Assembly (NCBI RefSeq): GCF_027019125.1
Contig: NZ_JALUXE010000004.1
Location: 21,785 to 85,784, forward strand
Direction of reading: 5' to 3'
Length of the DNA: 64,000 bases
Source: Roseovarius sp.
Lineage (GTDB): Bacteria > Pseudomonadota > Alphaproteobacteria > Rhodobacterales > Rhodobacteraceae
Positions 50,154 to 62,101 of this stretch are shown piece by piece. The position numbers and the translations under genes were made by a program. Numbering within the stretch: the first letter of the stretch is position 1; every line of letters starts with the position of its first letter. The notes beneath the pieces are model-generated. The model did no database searches, was not told the DNA's origin, and saw only the letters and a program-made list of their open reading frames with translations.

Positions 50154-50917
50154 GACATAAGACCTTGCTGATAGGTTGATTTTTGTTTCTCACTCAGCCG
50201 ATCGGTATCCAGAATCAGGCAGACATCGGTGGTGTTGAACTGATGATCCACAAAGGCCCCATCGCCAACATATCCCCCCAATCGCAGATAGGCCTTGATC
50301 AGCGCAGGCACCTGGCGCATCGCCGCGGGCCGATCCAGATCCCCGGCAGCGATCAGGTCCATGCGTTGAAAATGCCCCTCCCGCGCCCGCACACGCAAGC
50401 CCTCTGGCGCCAGATGCCGCTCATGCAACAGACTGAGAGAAGGGGCAAGTTCCGCGATGTCGGTGCCATGAAAACTAGCCACGCCGAACAGGATCTCGAT
50501 ACCATGATCCGTCACATAACGACCCAGACCGTTCCACAGATGATACATGCCCGGCCCCCCGCGATAGGATTTCGCGAGGCAAGAACGCCCCAACTCCATC
50601 AACCGCCGCCCACTGGCCTTGAGCGCGCTCAGGTCATATTCATCCTCGGAATAGAATTGCCCCGCGCGCGCCGCCTGATCATCGCGAAGCAGGCGGTAAA
50701 CCCCGACCACTGCGCCATTATTCGCATCGTCCAGCAACAGCAGATGATCAAAGAACGGATCGAACCGATCACATTCCAGCCGCGCGGCGTGATCCACCAA
50801 CGGCCCGTCGCCGCCCAATTCCTCGACGAAAACCTCGTAGCGCAGACGTTGCGCCGCGCGCAATTCCTCGGGCGTTTCGGCCAGCTTCACACGGAACTTG
50901 GGGGCGCTTGCGGTCAT
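50150..50917 (-). CDS. olsB: Ornithine N-acyltransferase (GNAT family)
   Basis: AQRLRYEVF, DRFD..FDHL, ELGRSC, LIKAYLRLG. Confidence 0.9.
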   Translation of the reverse strand: MTASAPKFRVKLAETPEELRAAQRLRYEVFVEELGGDGPLVDHAARLECDRFDPFFDHLLLLDDANNGAVVGVYRLLRDDQAARAGQFYSEDEYDLSALKASGRRLMELGRSCLAKSYRGGPGMYHLWNGLGRYVTDHGIEILFGVASFHGTDIAELAPSLSLLHERHLAPEGLRVRAREGHFQRMDLIAAGDLDRPAAMRQVPALIKAYLRLGGYVGDGAFVDHQFNTTDVCLILDTDRLSEKQKSTYQQGLMS

Positions 50918-51004
50918 CGGCCTTGCCTCTCGGGTCTGCGCCGCCTTTTAGGCAAGAGCACGGCCAAGTGCAACGATACCGCTGGTCGCACTGCCCGACG
51001 GTTG

Positions 51005-51020
51005 TTAACCTTTTGCTAAC
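51005..51020. promoter_or_regulatory. Candidate CtrA box (one mismatch)
   Basis: TTAA-CCTTTTG-CTAAC vs consensus TTAA-N7-TTAAC; intergenic, ~90 bp upstream of olsB. Confidence 0.35.
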
Positions 51021-51025
51021 CCGGA

Positions 51026-51208
51026 TCAGGGATCAAGAAGAGGTATCAGTTCGACGCGAGTGCCATCAATCACCACTTTACCCTCTTCACGAAAATTGAC
51101 GGTGATACGCCCGCCGATGTTGGATTGCACCTGCCCCGTTCCCCAATCCGGCCTCTGCGGATGCCGCACCAGCATTCCCGGCTCAAGTATCGAATTCATA
51201 TCCGTCAT
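51026..51208 (-). CDS. DUF3553 small protein
   Basis: LEPGMLVRHP.RPDWG.GQVQSNIG.RITVNF. Confidence 0.88.
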   Translation of the reverse strand: MTDMNSILEPGMLVRHPQRPDWGTGQVQSNIGGRITVNFREEGKVVIDGTRVELIPLLDP

Positions 51209-51233
51209 GCCGCATCTCACCCCGGAGTGTCCA

Positions 51234-51863
51234 ATGCCCCAACATACCCATGCTATTGGCGCTTTGATAGCCTCTCGCATCTGCCATGACCTCGTCAGCC
51301 CCTTGGGCGCGATCGACAATGGCCTCGAATTGATGGGCCTTGCCGGGGCTTCGACAGGGCCGGAAATGGCACTTGTCACGGCATCGGCAAGCCAGGCATT
51401 GGCCCGCGTGCGATTTTTTCGGCTGGCTTTTGGTCACGCCGAGGCGGATCAGGCCACGCGGACCGACGAGTTGCGCGATATCCTTGGCATCTTGCACGAG
51501 GGGGGGCGCATCGCCCTTGCACTTCAGATCACCGGCAACTTGCCGCGCCCCACGGCGCAGATTCTGCTGCTTGGTCTGCTTTGCGTCGAGCAGGCGCTGC
51601 CCCAGGGCGGTCATATCGTGCTTGGCGAAACCTCCGGCGGGTGGCAGGTCACGGCCACCGCCCCGCGCCTTGCCCCGAACCCTGACCTCTGGCAAGCGCT
51701 CGACGCGGGCGGGCCATGGCCAAAGGTCAGCCCCGCACAGGTGCATTTCCTGCTCCTGCATCACTGTCTCGCGGCACAGGGCCTGACCATTCAACGCAGG
51801 CTCAGCGAAACAGAGTTCTGCGTCACGCTCTCACGGCGCCATCTGCCTCAACCAGATATTTGA
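51234..51863 (+). CDS. chpT: Histidine phosphotransferase ChpT
   Basis: [34 protein letters not shown]. Confidence 0.9.
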   Translation: MPQHTHAIGALIASRICHDLVSPLGAIDNGLELMGLAGASTGPEMALVTASASQALARVRFFRLAFGHAEADQATRTDELRDILGILHEGGRIALALQITGNLPRPTAQILLLGLLCVEQALPQGGHIVLGETSGGWQVTATAPRLAPNPDLWQALDAGGPWPKVSPAQVHFLLLHHCLAAQGLTIQRRLSETEFCVTLSRRHLPQPDI

Positions 51864-53088
51864 AACTGGTCAGTTGCGCCGCCCCTACAGGGCCGCGCGC
51901 GTGCATCTTGCCGGTGGCAATCCCGATTTCCGCCCCCATACCGAATTCGCCGCCATCGGCGAACTGGGTCGAGGCGTTGCGCATCAGGATGGCACTGTCG
52001 AGCCGGGTAAAAAACCGCGCCGCCGCCGCATCATCCTCGGTCACGATGCAATCGGTGTGGTTGGACCCATAGCGCCGAATATGCGCGATGGCGTCATCCA
52101 GGCTGTCCACAACCCTGACGGCGATGATACTGTCGAGATATTCGCGCCCCCAATCCTCTTCGGTGGCCGCAACCGTGCCCGCGATCCCCTGCAGGGCCGC
52201 GTCGGCGCGCACTTCGACCCCGGCGTCGATCAGCGCGCGGATCACACCCTGACCAATGGTCTCGACAATATCGCGATGAATGAGCAGACATTCCGCCGCT
52301 CCGCAAATCCCCGTGCGCCGGGTCTTGGCATTCAGCACCACGCGCAGCGCCTTGGCCGGGTCCGCCGCCGCATCCAGGAAAATATGCACGATGCCTTCAA
52401 GATGGGCAAAGACGGGCACCCGCGCCTCGCGCTGCACAAGACCCACAAGGCCCTTGCCGCCACGCGGGATGATCACGTCAATCGTGTCGGTCATGGTCAG
52501 CATCTCTTGCACCGCTGCCCGGTCCCGTGTGGGCACAAGCTGAATCGCATCCTCCGGTAGCCCTGCCGCGCGCAACCCCGCCACGAGACAGGCGTGAATC
52601 GCGCCCGAGGAATGAAAGCTCTCCGACCCGCCGCGCAGGATCACCGCATTGCCGGACTTCACGCAGAGCGCCCCGGCATCCGCCGTCACATTGGGACGGC
52701 TTTCATAGATCACGCCGACCACGCCCAAAGGTGTGCGAACCCGGCGGATATGCAGGCCCGTGGGCTGATCCCATTCCGCCAGAACCTCGCCCACCGGATC
52801 GTCCTGCGCCGCCACGGCGCGCAATCCGTCCACGATCCCCTTGATCCGCGCCTCGTCGAGCGCCAGACGGTCCATCATCGCCTCGGACAGCCCCTTGTCG
52901 CGGCCATAGTCCAGATCGCGCGCGTTGGCCGCCATGATCTCGGCCCGGCCGTCCCAGACCGCATCGGCTGCCGCCTCCAGCGCCGCGCGCTTGGTCGCGG
53001 CATCTGCAACCGCCAGATCGGCCGCCGCCGCACGGGCGCGCGCGCCAATTTCGGCCATCAGCGCCGTAATCTCTGCCTGATCCTTCAT
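51823..53088 (-). CDS. proA: Gamma-glutamyl phosphate reductase
   Basis: [32 protein letters not shown]. Confidence 0.97.
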   Translation of the reverse strand: MKDQAEITALMAEIGARARAAAADLAVADAATKRAALEAAADAVWDGRAEIMAANARDLDYGRDKGLSEAMMDRLALDEARIKGIVDGLRAVAAQDDPVGEVLAEWDQPTGLHIRRVRTPLGVVGVIYESRPNVTADAGALCVKSGNAVILRGGSESFHSSGAIHACLVAGLRAAGLPEDAIQLVPTRDRAAVQEMLTMTDTIDVIIPRGGKGLVGLVQREARVPVFAHLEGIVHIFLDAAADPAKALRVVLNAKTRRTGICGAAECLLIHRDIVETIGQGVIRALIDAGVEVRADAALQGIAGTVAATEEDWGREYLDSIIAVRVVDSLDDAIAHIRRYGSNHTDCIVTEDDAAAARFFTRLDSAILMRNASTQFADGGEFGMGAEIGIATGKMHARGPVGAAQLTSFKYLVEADGAVRA

Positions 53089-53106
53089 CCGCTGCCCTCC
53101 CGCGTG

Positions 53107-55253
<2,147 letters not shown>

Positions 55254-55279
55254 TTATCGCAAAGGCCCCTGTCCGAGCC

Positions 55280-55819
55280 TCAGATCATCTTTTTACTATA
55301 GGTCCAGGTCAAGACCTTGGCGCCACGTGCAACGCTGAACGCTTCGGCATCCCCAAGATACTGAAACCCGCAATTCGTCAAGACCCGCGCCGAAGCGGCA
55401 TTGTCCTGAAACACCGAGGCAAAGATCGTCCGTGCCCGATGCGGATTGGCCGACAACAGCGCCTCGACCGCCGCCGACGCGACACCCGTATTCCAATAGG
55501 CCGGGGCCACCCAATAGGCGATCTCGGATTGGCCGTCATCCACCCGCTCCAGGCTGACGAGGCCCATCACCTCGGAGCCACCCGCCTTGGTGCCGTCAAT
55601 GGCCCAGATATCCTCGGACCGGCCCTCGGCCTGCGCCCGCGCAATCAACGCCTCGGTCGCGCCCGGTGGCAGGGGGTGCGGAATGCTGCGGGTAAAGCGC
55701 GCAACGCGCACATCCCCGGCATTCATCCCGATCAGACCTGCATCCGACACCCGCAAGGGCCGCAGATCGAACCGCTCCGCCGAAATCACCGGCTGGTTCA
55801 CAATCGTCTCGTACTTCAT
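55280..55819 (-). CDS. RimJ/RimL-like GNAT acetyltransferase
   Basis: SIPHP, EIAYW, N.AS..VL...GF; usual position between rpmA and obgE. Confidence 0.88.
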   Translation of the reverse strand: MKYETIVNQPVISAERFDLRPLRVSDAGLIGMNAGDVRVARFTRSIPHPLPPGATEALIARAQAEGRSEDIWAIDGTKAGGSEVMGLVSLERVDDGQSEIAYWVAPAYWNTGVASAAVEALLSANPHRARTIFASVFQDNAASARVLTNCGFQYLGDAEAFSVARGAKVLTWTYSKKMI

Positions 55820-55950
55820 GCGCCTGCTCCTCCGATCAGCGCCAGGATCATGGCAAGAGATGGCCTCTCTCCGCCAAAGCACAACGGCTCCGTCGCGCAA
55901 TTGTGCAGTAATGTCACCCTCGCGAACCCTTCCTCCAGCCCACAAAAGTG

Positions 55951-55980
55951 AAAAGGGACCGGCGGTCTCGCCGATCCCCT
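55951..55980 (-). terminator. Rho-independent terminator after rpmA
   Basis: Minus strand GGGATCGGCG-aga-c-CGCCGGTCCC followed by TTTT. Confidence 0.78.
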
Positions 55981-56005
55981 CTAGTGTCAAAACCCTAAGG
56001 ACGGC

Positions 56006-56275
56006 TTACTCAGCGGCCTCCGCCACTGGCAGAACCGAAACAAAGGTGCGGCCCTTGAGGCCCTTGTGGAACTTCACGGCGCCTTCCGCCACGGCAAAGA
56101 GCGTGTGATCCTTGCCCTCGCCCACGTTCAGACCCGGCCAGAACTTGTTGCCGCGCTGACGCACGAGGATGTTGCCGGAAATTACGGATTCGCCACCGTA
56201 TTTCTTGACGCCAAGGCGACGACCGTCAGAGTCGCGCCCGTTACGGGATGAACCGCCTGCTTTTTTATGTGCCAT
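56006..56275 (-). CDS. rpmA: 50S ribosomal protein L27
   Basis: [16 protein letters not shown]. Confidence 0.99.
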   Translation of the reverse strand: MAHKKAGGSSRNGRDSDGRRLGVKKYGGESVISGNILVRQRGNKFWPGLNVGEGKDHTLFAVAEGAVKFHKGLKGRTFVSVLPVAEAAE

Positions 56276-56286
56276 TTGGTCTCTCC

Positions 56287-56901
56287 TTAGCCTTTAGCCA
56301 GCTCTTTGGCCTGTTCGATCCAGCCTTCACGCTCGATCCGGCCCTTGAACGACAGTTTTTCGTCCATCGCGGCCACATCGGCCTCGGTCCATGCGGCCAC
56401 TTGGGCAAAGGTGGTCACACCTGCCTCATGAAGCTTTTTCTCAAGCGCGGGGCCAACACCCGACAACCGCTTGAGGTCGTCGCCACCTGCTGCGGCCTTG
56501 GCGCTGGATTTCTTGGCGGGTTTCGCCTCGACCACAGGGGCCACCGAGCCGGAGCCGACAGCCGCCTTGACGCCTGTTGATTCTGCACCGCTGGCCAGGA
56601 TCTCGGTCACGCGCAGCAACGTCAGCTTCTGACGGTGACCACGGGTGCGCTGCGAGCCGTGCTTACGGCGACGTTTGACAAAGTTGATAACCTTGTCGGC
56701 CTTGATTTGATCAACGACCTCGGCCTGCACGGCCGCACCCGCCACAAAGGGCGCACCGATGACGGGGGCATCGCCGCCCAGCATCAGGATATCGTTGAAC
56801 TGAACTTTTTCACCGGCATCGGCTGCAAGTTTCTCAACACGAAGAATGTCACCCGACGACACCTTGTATTGCTTGCCACCGGTCTTGAGGACCGCAAACA
56901 T
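56287..56901 (-). CDS. rplU: 50S ribosomal protein L21 with C-terminal HhH-like extension
   Basis: [14 protein letters not shown]...GHRQ, then [11 protein letters not shown]...WIEQAKEL. Confidence 0.97.
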   Translation of the reverse strand: MFAVLKTGGKQYKVSSGDILRVEKLAADAGEKVQFNDILMLGGDAPVIGAPFVAGAAVQAEVVDQIKADKVINFVKRRRKHGSQRTRGHRQKLTLLRVTEILASGAESTGVKAAVGSGSVAPVVEAKPAKKSSAKAAAGGDDLKRLSGVGPALEKKLHEAGVTTFAQVAAWTEADVAAMDEKLSFKGRIEREGWIEQAKELAKG

Positions 56902-57071
56902 GGGCTCTTCCTTTTCTCTCCGCGCTCTGTGGTCCCCGGATGCTCCGGGCGTTCTCGGCCCTTGGGCCACCTCGAACTGCGCCCCCTTTTAGGGGTGTAT
57001 ATCAAAGACAAACCCGGCAAGATCATCCCGCCGGGTTGCGCGCTCTTGCCAAACTCTGCCCCCCGAGTCAA
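56902..57071 (-). promoter_or_regulatory. rplU-rpmA candidate promoter and structured 5' leader
   Basis: TTGACT-N17-CAAGAG (57071-57043); hairpins at 57011-57037, 56983-56995, 56957-56968, 56935-56949. Confidence 0.5.
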
Positions 57072-57102
57072 GGGCAAGCACGTCAAAACCGCGCCAAAAC
57101 CC

Positions 57103-57915
57103 TCATAAATCCTCGCCTTCCATGGTCAAGGCGGTGGCCAGCCCCAGCTGATACGACAGGTCGACATACATCGCATCAAAGGCCGCGAACAGCGCGCGGT
57201 TCAACTGCTGGCCCTCGGGGCTTCGGTAAAGCGCGATATAGGCCTCGAGCACCTCTTGTGCCAGCGGTTGATAGGCCATGGTCAGATAGGCCTGCATCCA
57301 GTCGCGCGTTTCTTCACGCATCTCGGGCTCTTGCGCCCAGATCTCGGCCAGCATCTCGGCTTCGCTCAACTCCAGACCGCCACCATCGGCCAGCCCGCGA
57401 TAGAATCCGAGGTTGGCATTGAGCGCCCCCGCGACATTGCGCTCGATCAGATCGCTATCGTCAATGAGGGCCGCGACATGGCGCACGATCGGCGCATCCT
57501 CTGCCGCAAGCTCTGCATAGCGTGCCTCTGCCGCGGCCTCGGTGCCATCGTCCAGGAGCGCCCGACGCCCCGCGATTTCGAGCGCCACGACTTCGGCCCC
57601 CTGCCCCTCGAAAAAGCCCAGCAGCGGTCCCGTGTCGGCCCCCTCCATCGCCTGCGTGAACCGGCTCTGCACCTGTGCCAGCATCCGCTCGACATCATAG
57701 ACCCGTCCGACCACCCGATCCCAACGGGCCCGCTCGACCGTGCTCAGCATCTCGTCGCCCACATCGCCGCCATAGCGCAGCCCCTCGGCGCGCATGATCT
57801 CGACGGTCTCTTCAAAGTGCAGCGCGGTCATCAGCCGGTCGATCTCGCCCGCGCGCAGCGGCAGCGCCGCGAGGAGCAGCGCCGCACAGGCCCAGAGAAC
57901 CGCCCGCACCGTCAC
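57103..57915 (-). CDS. DUF2059 domain exported protein
   Basis: Signal peptide; YI.LY.SPEGQ.LN.ALF.AF. Confidence 0.8.
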   Translation of the reverse strand: MTVRAVLWACAALLLAALPLRAGEIDRLMTALHFEETVEIMRAEGLRYGGDVGDEMLSTVERARWDRVVGRVYDVERMLAQVQSRFTQAMEGADTGPLLGFFEGQGAEVVALEIAGRRALLDDGTEAAAEARYAELAAEDAPIVRHVAALIDDSDLIERNVAGALNANLGFYRGLADGGGLELSEAEMLAEIWAQEPEMREETRDWMQAYLTMAYQPLAQEVLEAYIALYRSPEGQQLNRALFAAFDAMYVDLSYQLGLATALTMEGEDL

Positions 57916-58757
57916 AACTCCTGTGCCGGGGTCAGCCCCCGCATCCTGGCGGCCAGAACCTCGAACCGGTTGGCCATGATCTCGTATTGCACGGCATTCA
58001 TCAATTCATAGACCCGCGCCATGGTCGGATGCTCGAGCGCGGCCACATAGGCGCGCAAATCCTCGATGGGCAGGCTCTGATAGGTATAGGCGGCACTGGC
58101 CAGCGCCGAAGCCTGCAGGCTCTCGCGCAACTCCTCCTCGCCCTCAGCCATCACCGCGCGCAGCATACCCTCGTCGATCTCGCTCTCCAGCACCCCGGCA
58201 TAAGAGGCCGCCAGCAGGAACCGCACCTGGATTTCCTGCACCGCCCGCACACCAGAGCCGGCACTGTCCACCGCCGCATTCATGGCCCGCAACACCTCGA
58301 CCCGCTCTGGCGACATGGCGGCCAACAGCGCCTCGCCCTCGGCCCGCTTGGCATCGTCGTCCTCATGCAGATGCGCCGCGTTCTCGACCGCAACCAGACG
58401 CTGCCCAAGGTCCGACGCATAGAACTCCGCGGCATGGCCCAACATCTCGTCGTCCAGCGCCTGCTCCAGAATACTCAGCCCCATCTCACGCATCCGGTCG
58501 GTGTCAAACACCTCTTCGGCCAGCGTTGTCCAGCCCTGGCCGAAATCGCTGGTCGACAGGCCCAGCATCGCGGGCGCGCCAGAGGCCGAGAGCGCGATGC
58601 TATCCAGCGCCACGCCAAAGCCCGTCACCTCCAGAAACGCCTCAAGCCGTGCCCGATCCGCCGCGCGCAGGGGCTGTGCCACCAGCAGGGCCAGAAGCAG
58701 CACCAATGCCCCCCACGTGATGCCCCGCCCGCATGACCGCAAGGCTACTCCGCCCAT
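57912..58757 (-). CDS. DUF2059 domain exported protein (tandem paralog)
   Basis: FL..TGF.VALDS, FY.SDLGQRLV.VEN; start approximate. Confidence 0.8.
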   Translation of the reverse strand: MGGVALRSCGRGITWGALVLLLALLVAQPLRAADRARLEAFLEVTGFGVALDSIALSASGAPAMLGLSTSDFGQGWTTLAEEVFDTDRMREMGLSILEQALDDEMLGHAAEFYASDLGQRLVAVENAAHLHEDDDAKRAEGEALLAAMSPERVEVLRAMNAAVDSAGSGVRAVQEIQVRFLLAASYAGVLESEIDEGMLRAVMAEGEEELRESLQASALASAAYTYQSLPIEDLRAYVAALEHPTMARVYELMNAVQYEIMANRFEVLAARMRGLTPAQEL

Positions 58758-58890
58758 GACACCTCATCCTTTCCAGATTGCTTCAGCCAGACCTGACCCC
58801 AACCTAGGCAAATTATCCCGCGAAACAATGCAAATCCCCCTTGCCCCTCCGGCGAAAGGCAAATAAACGCTTGCCCCACCAGACCCCCGC

Positions 58891-58980
58891 GGAGAGGTGC
58901 CGGAGTGGTCGAACGGGGCGGTCTCGAAAACCGTTGTGGGGGCAACTCCACCCAGGGTTCGAATCCCTGTCTCTCCGCCA
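58891..58980 (+). tRNA. tRNA-Ser(CGA)
   Basis: Acceptor GGAGAGG/TCTCTCC, anticodon arm GCGGT-CT-CGA-AA-ACCGT, long variable arm, T-arm CAGGG-TTCGAAT-CCCTG, encoded CCA. Confidence 0.97.
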
Positions 58981-59325
58981 CAAATCTTTATTTTCATATT
59001 GTTTAACAACAAGTTACCATACTTTAAGAGATTGTCTTCCCACACTTTTTCCCACGCTTATATTTGAGTGGTAGGGGCTTTTCCGAGCATCGGACTTTTA
59101 AGCTTTGAACTGACATTGTGAGAATGTTGCCATCCACGCCGGTCCTCAAACAAAGCTGTCAGACTTTCACCCCGCCCCCCCTTTCAATAGCATTGCCTAC
59201 GGTGGAGCACAAAGAGCAGGACTTAACCTTCCGGCCATTCTCTCGAATTAAAATTCTTGGATTGCTCAAGTCGGTGCTCTGACGCACGTGGAAATAGCGG
59301 TCGAGGAGCCGCGCACTCCTATAAC

Positions 59326-60303
59326 TCAATCAGATTTGATATCTGCCGTTTTCGATTGATTGTAGCCGTAGGCTGAATCAAGATTTTCAGTAACGATCTC
59401 ATCGATGACTTTTATCTGCGCATCTTCAAAGTAGTCTCGATATCCACCGACTTTGGCACGCCGAACCTTGTAGCTATCTGGAATACTCTTATCGCCCGGG
59501 TTTAAACGCGCACCGCTAGTTCGAAAACTCTGCTCGGCCTCTTTCTTCTTCATGTTTTCGTACGAGGCGTAATCGACCGCCTCTGTTATCTGCGCTGCAC
59601 TGGCGGGAATTTCTAGGAACCGAGCGACCCGGGCTAACTCATTGACCGGGTCGGCCCGCATGTTCTCGTATTTGACAATTTCATGCGCGCGGGTGTTTAC
59701 CAATTCCTCTGCCCAGCTATTCATGAAGTTAATGATCCTGCGTAGCCCGCTTCTGTCATCTTGCACAAACTCGAACATCGAAAGATCGCTTCCGTGAGGT
59801 GGATAAAAGCTAAGCTGCTTCTTCCATGGTTGTGTGCGAAAGCGCCAATGAAAAAAACTTGAGACCACAACATCGCGAGGGTCCCGCACCATCAAAAGGA
59901 CCTTCTTGTCGTAGAAATCGAGCTTCGTCGATGTATTGCCAGAATAATCCCGGATAAACTCGTCATGTGTGAAAAGCAGACGTGGAATGCGACGGTCTAT
60001 GTAATGGAAATTGTCGAATCCGATCACAGCATCTTTTGGCAGATCATATACCTGTTGATAGAGCCGCGAGATCATTACTCTTAGCCAGGTGCGTCCGCTT
60101 TTTGCGTAAGAAACAATGACCGCATCAGCGCTTTGAAGCTGATCATACTGCTCGCGTCCTCTCAATTGCCGCTCGGCACCAAGACGTTGTTCATGATTTG
60201 CTCTCGTCAGGCTGAGATGCAATCTAACAATGCTGCGTCGCGCTCTTCTTCGGGCTTGATGAATGAGCTGGGGGAGCGCTGCACGCATGGTTCTTGTGCT
60301 CAT
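59326..60303 (-). CDS. PAPS-dependent sulfotransferase (Sulfotransfer_1-like)
   Basis: 5'-PSB SYAKSGRTWL, 3'-PB VRDPRDVVVS, KYENM, KVRRAKVGGY. Confidence 0.9.
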   Translation of the reverse strand: MSTRTMRAALPQLIHQARRRARRSIVRLHLSLTRANHEQRLGAERQLRGREQYDQLQSADAVIVSYAKSGRTWLRVMISRLYQQVYDLPKDAVIGFDNFHYIDRRIPRLLFTHDEFIRDYSGNTSTKLDFYDKKVLLMVRDPRDVVVSSFFHWRFRTQPWKKQLSFYPPHGSDLSMFEFVQDDRSGLRRIINFMNSWAEELVNTRAHEIVKYENMRADPVNELARVARFLEIPASAAQITEAVDYASYENMKKKEAEQSFRTSGARLNPGDKSIPDSYKVRRAKVGGYRDYFEDAQIKVIDEIVTENLDSAYGYNQSKTADIKSD

Positions 60304-60516
60304 TGAGAATTCATCCGATCATCGAATACGAAATGCGCGCTTTCTTGAGGCCCGGGTCGTATGGGGCGGCATTTCGTGCTAATCAACCCACCCTATGATT
60401 TCTCTGACTCCGGTCTGTATGTCCATGCTAATTTCACCGAACTTAGTGCTTTTCTTATTGCATACCGTTGGCTTATATCTAGCCGCTCAACTAACACCAC
60501 TACGATAGCGGAAACC

Positions 60517-61446
60517 ATGACTATAAAATTTAGAGATATTGACGAGACAACGTTAGCTCTTTCTCCTGATACAGTAATTTCGTCGTTCTCCCCGTTCGTC
60601 TGTAATGATCAAAAATCTGAAGGTCGTATCCGCCGGATCATCAAGATTTGGTTCAAGACTGCGAAGCGGGTCGTGAGGCGCCTTTTCGGTAGAAAAAGTT
60701 CATCTAGCACTCGCAGCAAGGACGTGATCAAGGACGAGTACGAGGTCACTTGGTCGCGTGGTTATGCGGCGTATGATCTAGATGTAGGGTGCCGCAAGCC
60801 CGAACCTTGGCTTGTGCGAGGTAAAGGTATAATGGCTGACCGATCTGGCGTGCCGAGATGGCGCAACTTGATCCTCAACGCGGCTATAAAATCAATCAAG
60901 CCGCGTCGCGTGCTTGAAGTTGGGTGCGGTAATGGAATAAACCTCATCCTCCTCGCAAATCAGTTCCCCGATATTTCCTTCACCGGGCTTGAGTTGACAG
61001 ACGCAGGAAATCGTGTTGCACGTGATTTACAGAACGTTGCTACGTTTCCTTCCGCTCTCGCTGCATATCCTTTTATCCCCGCGACTGATCCCGAGGCGTT
61101 CCGCAGAATCAACTTTGTGCGTGGTGATGCGACCGCCATGCCGTTTGATGATGGCGAATTCGATTTGGTATTTACGGTGCTATCAATCGAACAGATGGAG
61201 CGCGTACGCGATAAAGCGCTGGCCGAAATCGGGCGCGTCAGCGGTGGCCATGTTCTGAATATGGAGCCATTCGCAGAGGCCAATTCTTCGCTGCTGCGTC
61301 GCGCTCACGTATTTGGACGTGACTATTTTCGCGGGAAGATAGATGATCTGAGCCAATACGGATTAGAACCCATCTGGGCCACGATGGATTTTCCTCAGGA
61401 GGTTCAGCTAGGAGCAGCACTCGTGTTGAGCCACAAGAGCATTTGA
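60517..61446 (+). CDS. Class I SAM-dependent methyltransferase
   Basis: VLEVGCGNG, GLE, GDATAMPFDDGEFDLVFT; start uncertain (60361 or 60517). Confidence 0.88.
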   Translation: MTIKFRDIDETTLALSPDTVISSFSPFVCNDQKSEGRIRRIIKIWFKTAKRVVRRLFGRKSSSSTRSKDVIKDEYEVTWSRGYAAYDLDVGCRKPEPWLVRGKGIMADRSGVPRWRNLILNAAIKSIKPRRVLEVGCGNGINLILLANQFPDISFTGLELTDAGNRVARDLQNVATFPSALAAYPFIPATDPEAFRRINFVRGDATAMPFDDGEFDLVFTVLSIEQMERVRDKALAEIGRVSGGHVLNMEPFAEANSSLLRRAHVFGRDYFRGKIDDLSQYGLEPIWATMDFPQEVQLGAALVLSHKSI

Positions 61447-61657
61447 TCTTTAAAGGGAAGGATATTGCTGGTCCTAGATCGGCTTTGGGACCTTAACTAG
61501 GATATGTGTATGTTCCCTAATCCCGAGTTCCACCATTTCGAATCTTTTTGTGTATTTTCCGAGAATTATAAGAACATTTCTAAAGTCCGAAAGTTCCTTG
61601 CCCTCCGAGATTATTGGCTGGGTCAAGAGCAAGGTTTCCATCCAAAAGAGCCCCCTC

Positions 61658-61736
61658 TGACAAAACCGACATAACCGACAAAACCCATCCGACGCGGCTT
61701 GCCCGCGAGGTTCTGTCGGTTTTGTCAGTTCTGTCA
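61658..61736. repeat. Two inverted arrays of three 9-bp repeats (iteron-like origin)
   Basis: TGACAAAAC-CGACATAAC-CGACAAAAC, 25-bp spacer, GTTCTGTCG-GTTTTGTCA-GTTCTGTCA. Confidence 0.85.
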
Positions 61737-61816
61737 GCCGCCCAAAGCGCACTTCGTTTTCGTGGTGAGAGACCCGCACAATGTTGCGAATTCAATGAAA
61801 ACCGTACGAAATAAAG

Positions 61817-62101
61817 CTAATTCCCAATCAGCGCATCCAACTCTTTCTGCTCTTCAATGAACTCACGCACGGACTTGCGCATATCGTCCAATTCGCGCGA
61901 CCTGCCACCGTGCTTCCACTGGGGGTGTGATGGCCCGGCCTTGTGACCACCGCCAGCGCCATGAACGCGACACACGGCCCAGCCACGCACTGCTGGGCAC
62001 TTGCAGCGCTCTCCAGAGCGCTTGGCCTTGGCACGGCACCTGGGGGCGTCTCTGAGGCGCTGTACCGGGCTGATGGGGTTAGCGTTACTTTTTCTCGCCA
62101 T
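61817..62101 (-). CDS. HGGxSTG-like zinc-finger protein (small-terminase-related)
   Basis: PRCRAKAKRSGERCKCPAVRGWAVCRVHGAGGG...WKHG. Confidence 0.78.
   Translation of the reverse strand: MARKSNANPISPVQRLRDAPRCRAKAKRSGERCKCPAVRGWAVCRVHGAGGGHKAGPSHPQWKHGGRSRELDDMRKSVREFIEEQKELDALIGN

Noticed and set aside
58764-59074. ORFs overlapping the tRNA
   Set aside because: Spurious translations of the tRNA-Ser gene and the att region.
61474-61814. Three short overlapping ORFs across iteron array 1
   Set aside because: Their repeat peptides derive from the 9-bp DNA repeats. One may be a remnant gene, but none can be supported as a CDS.
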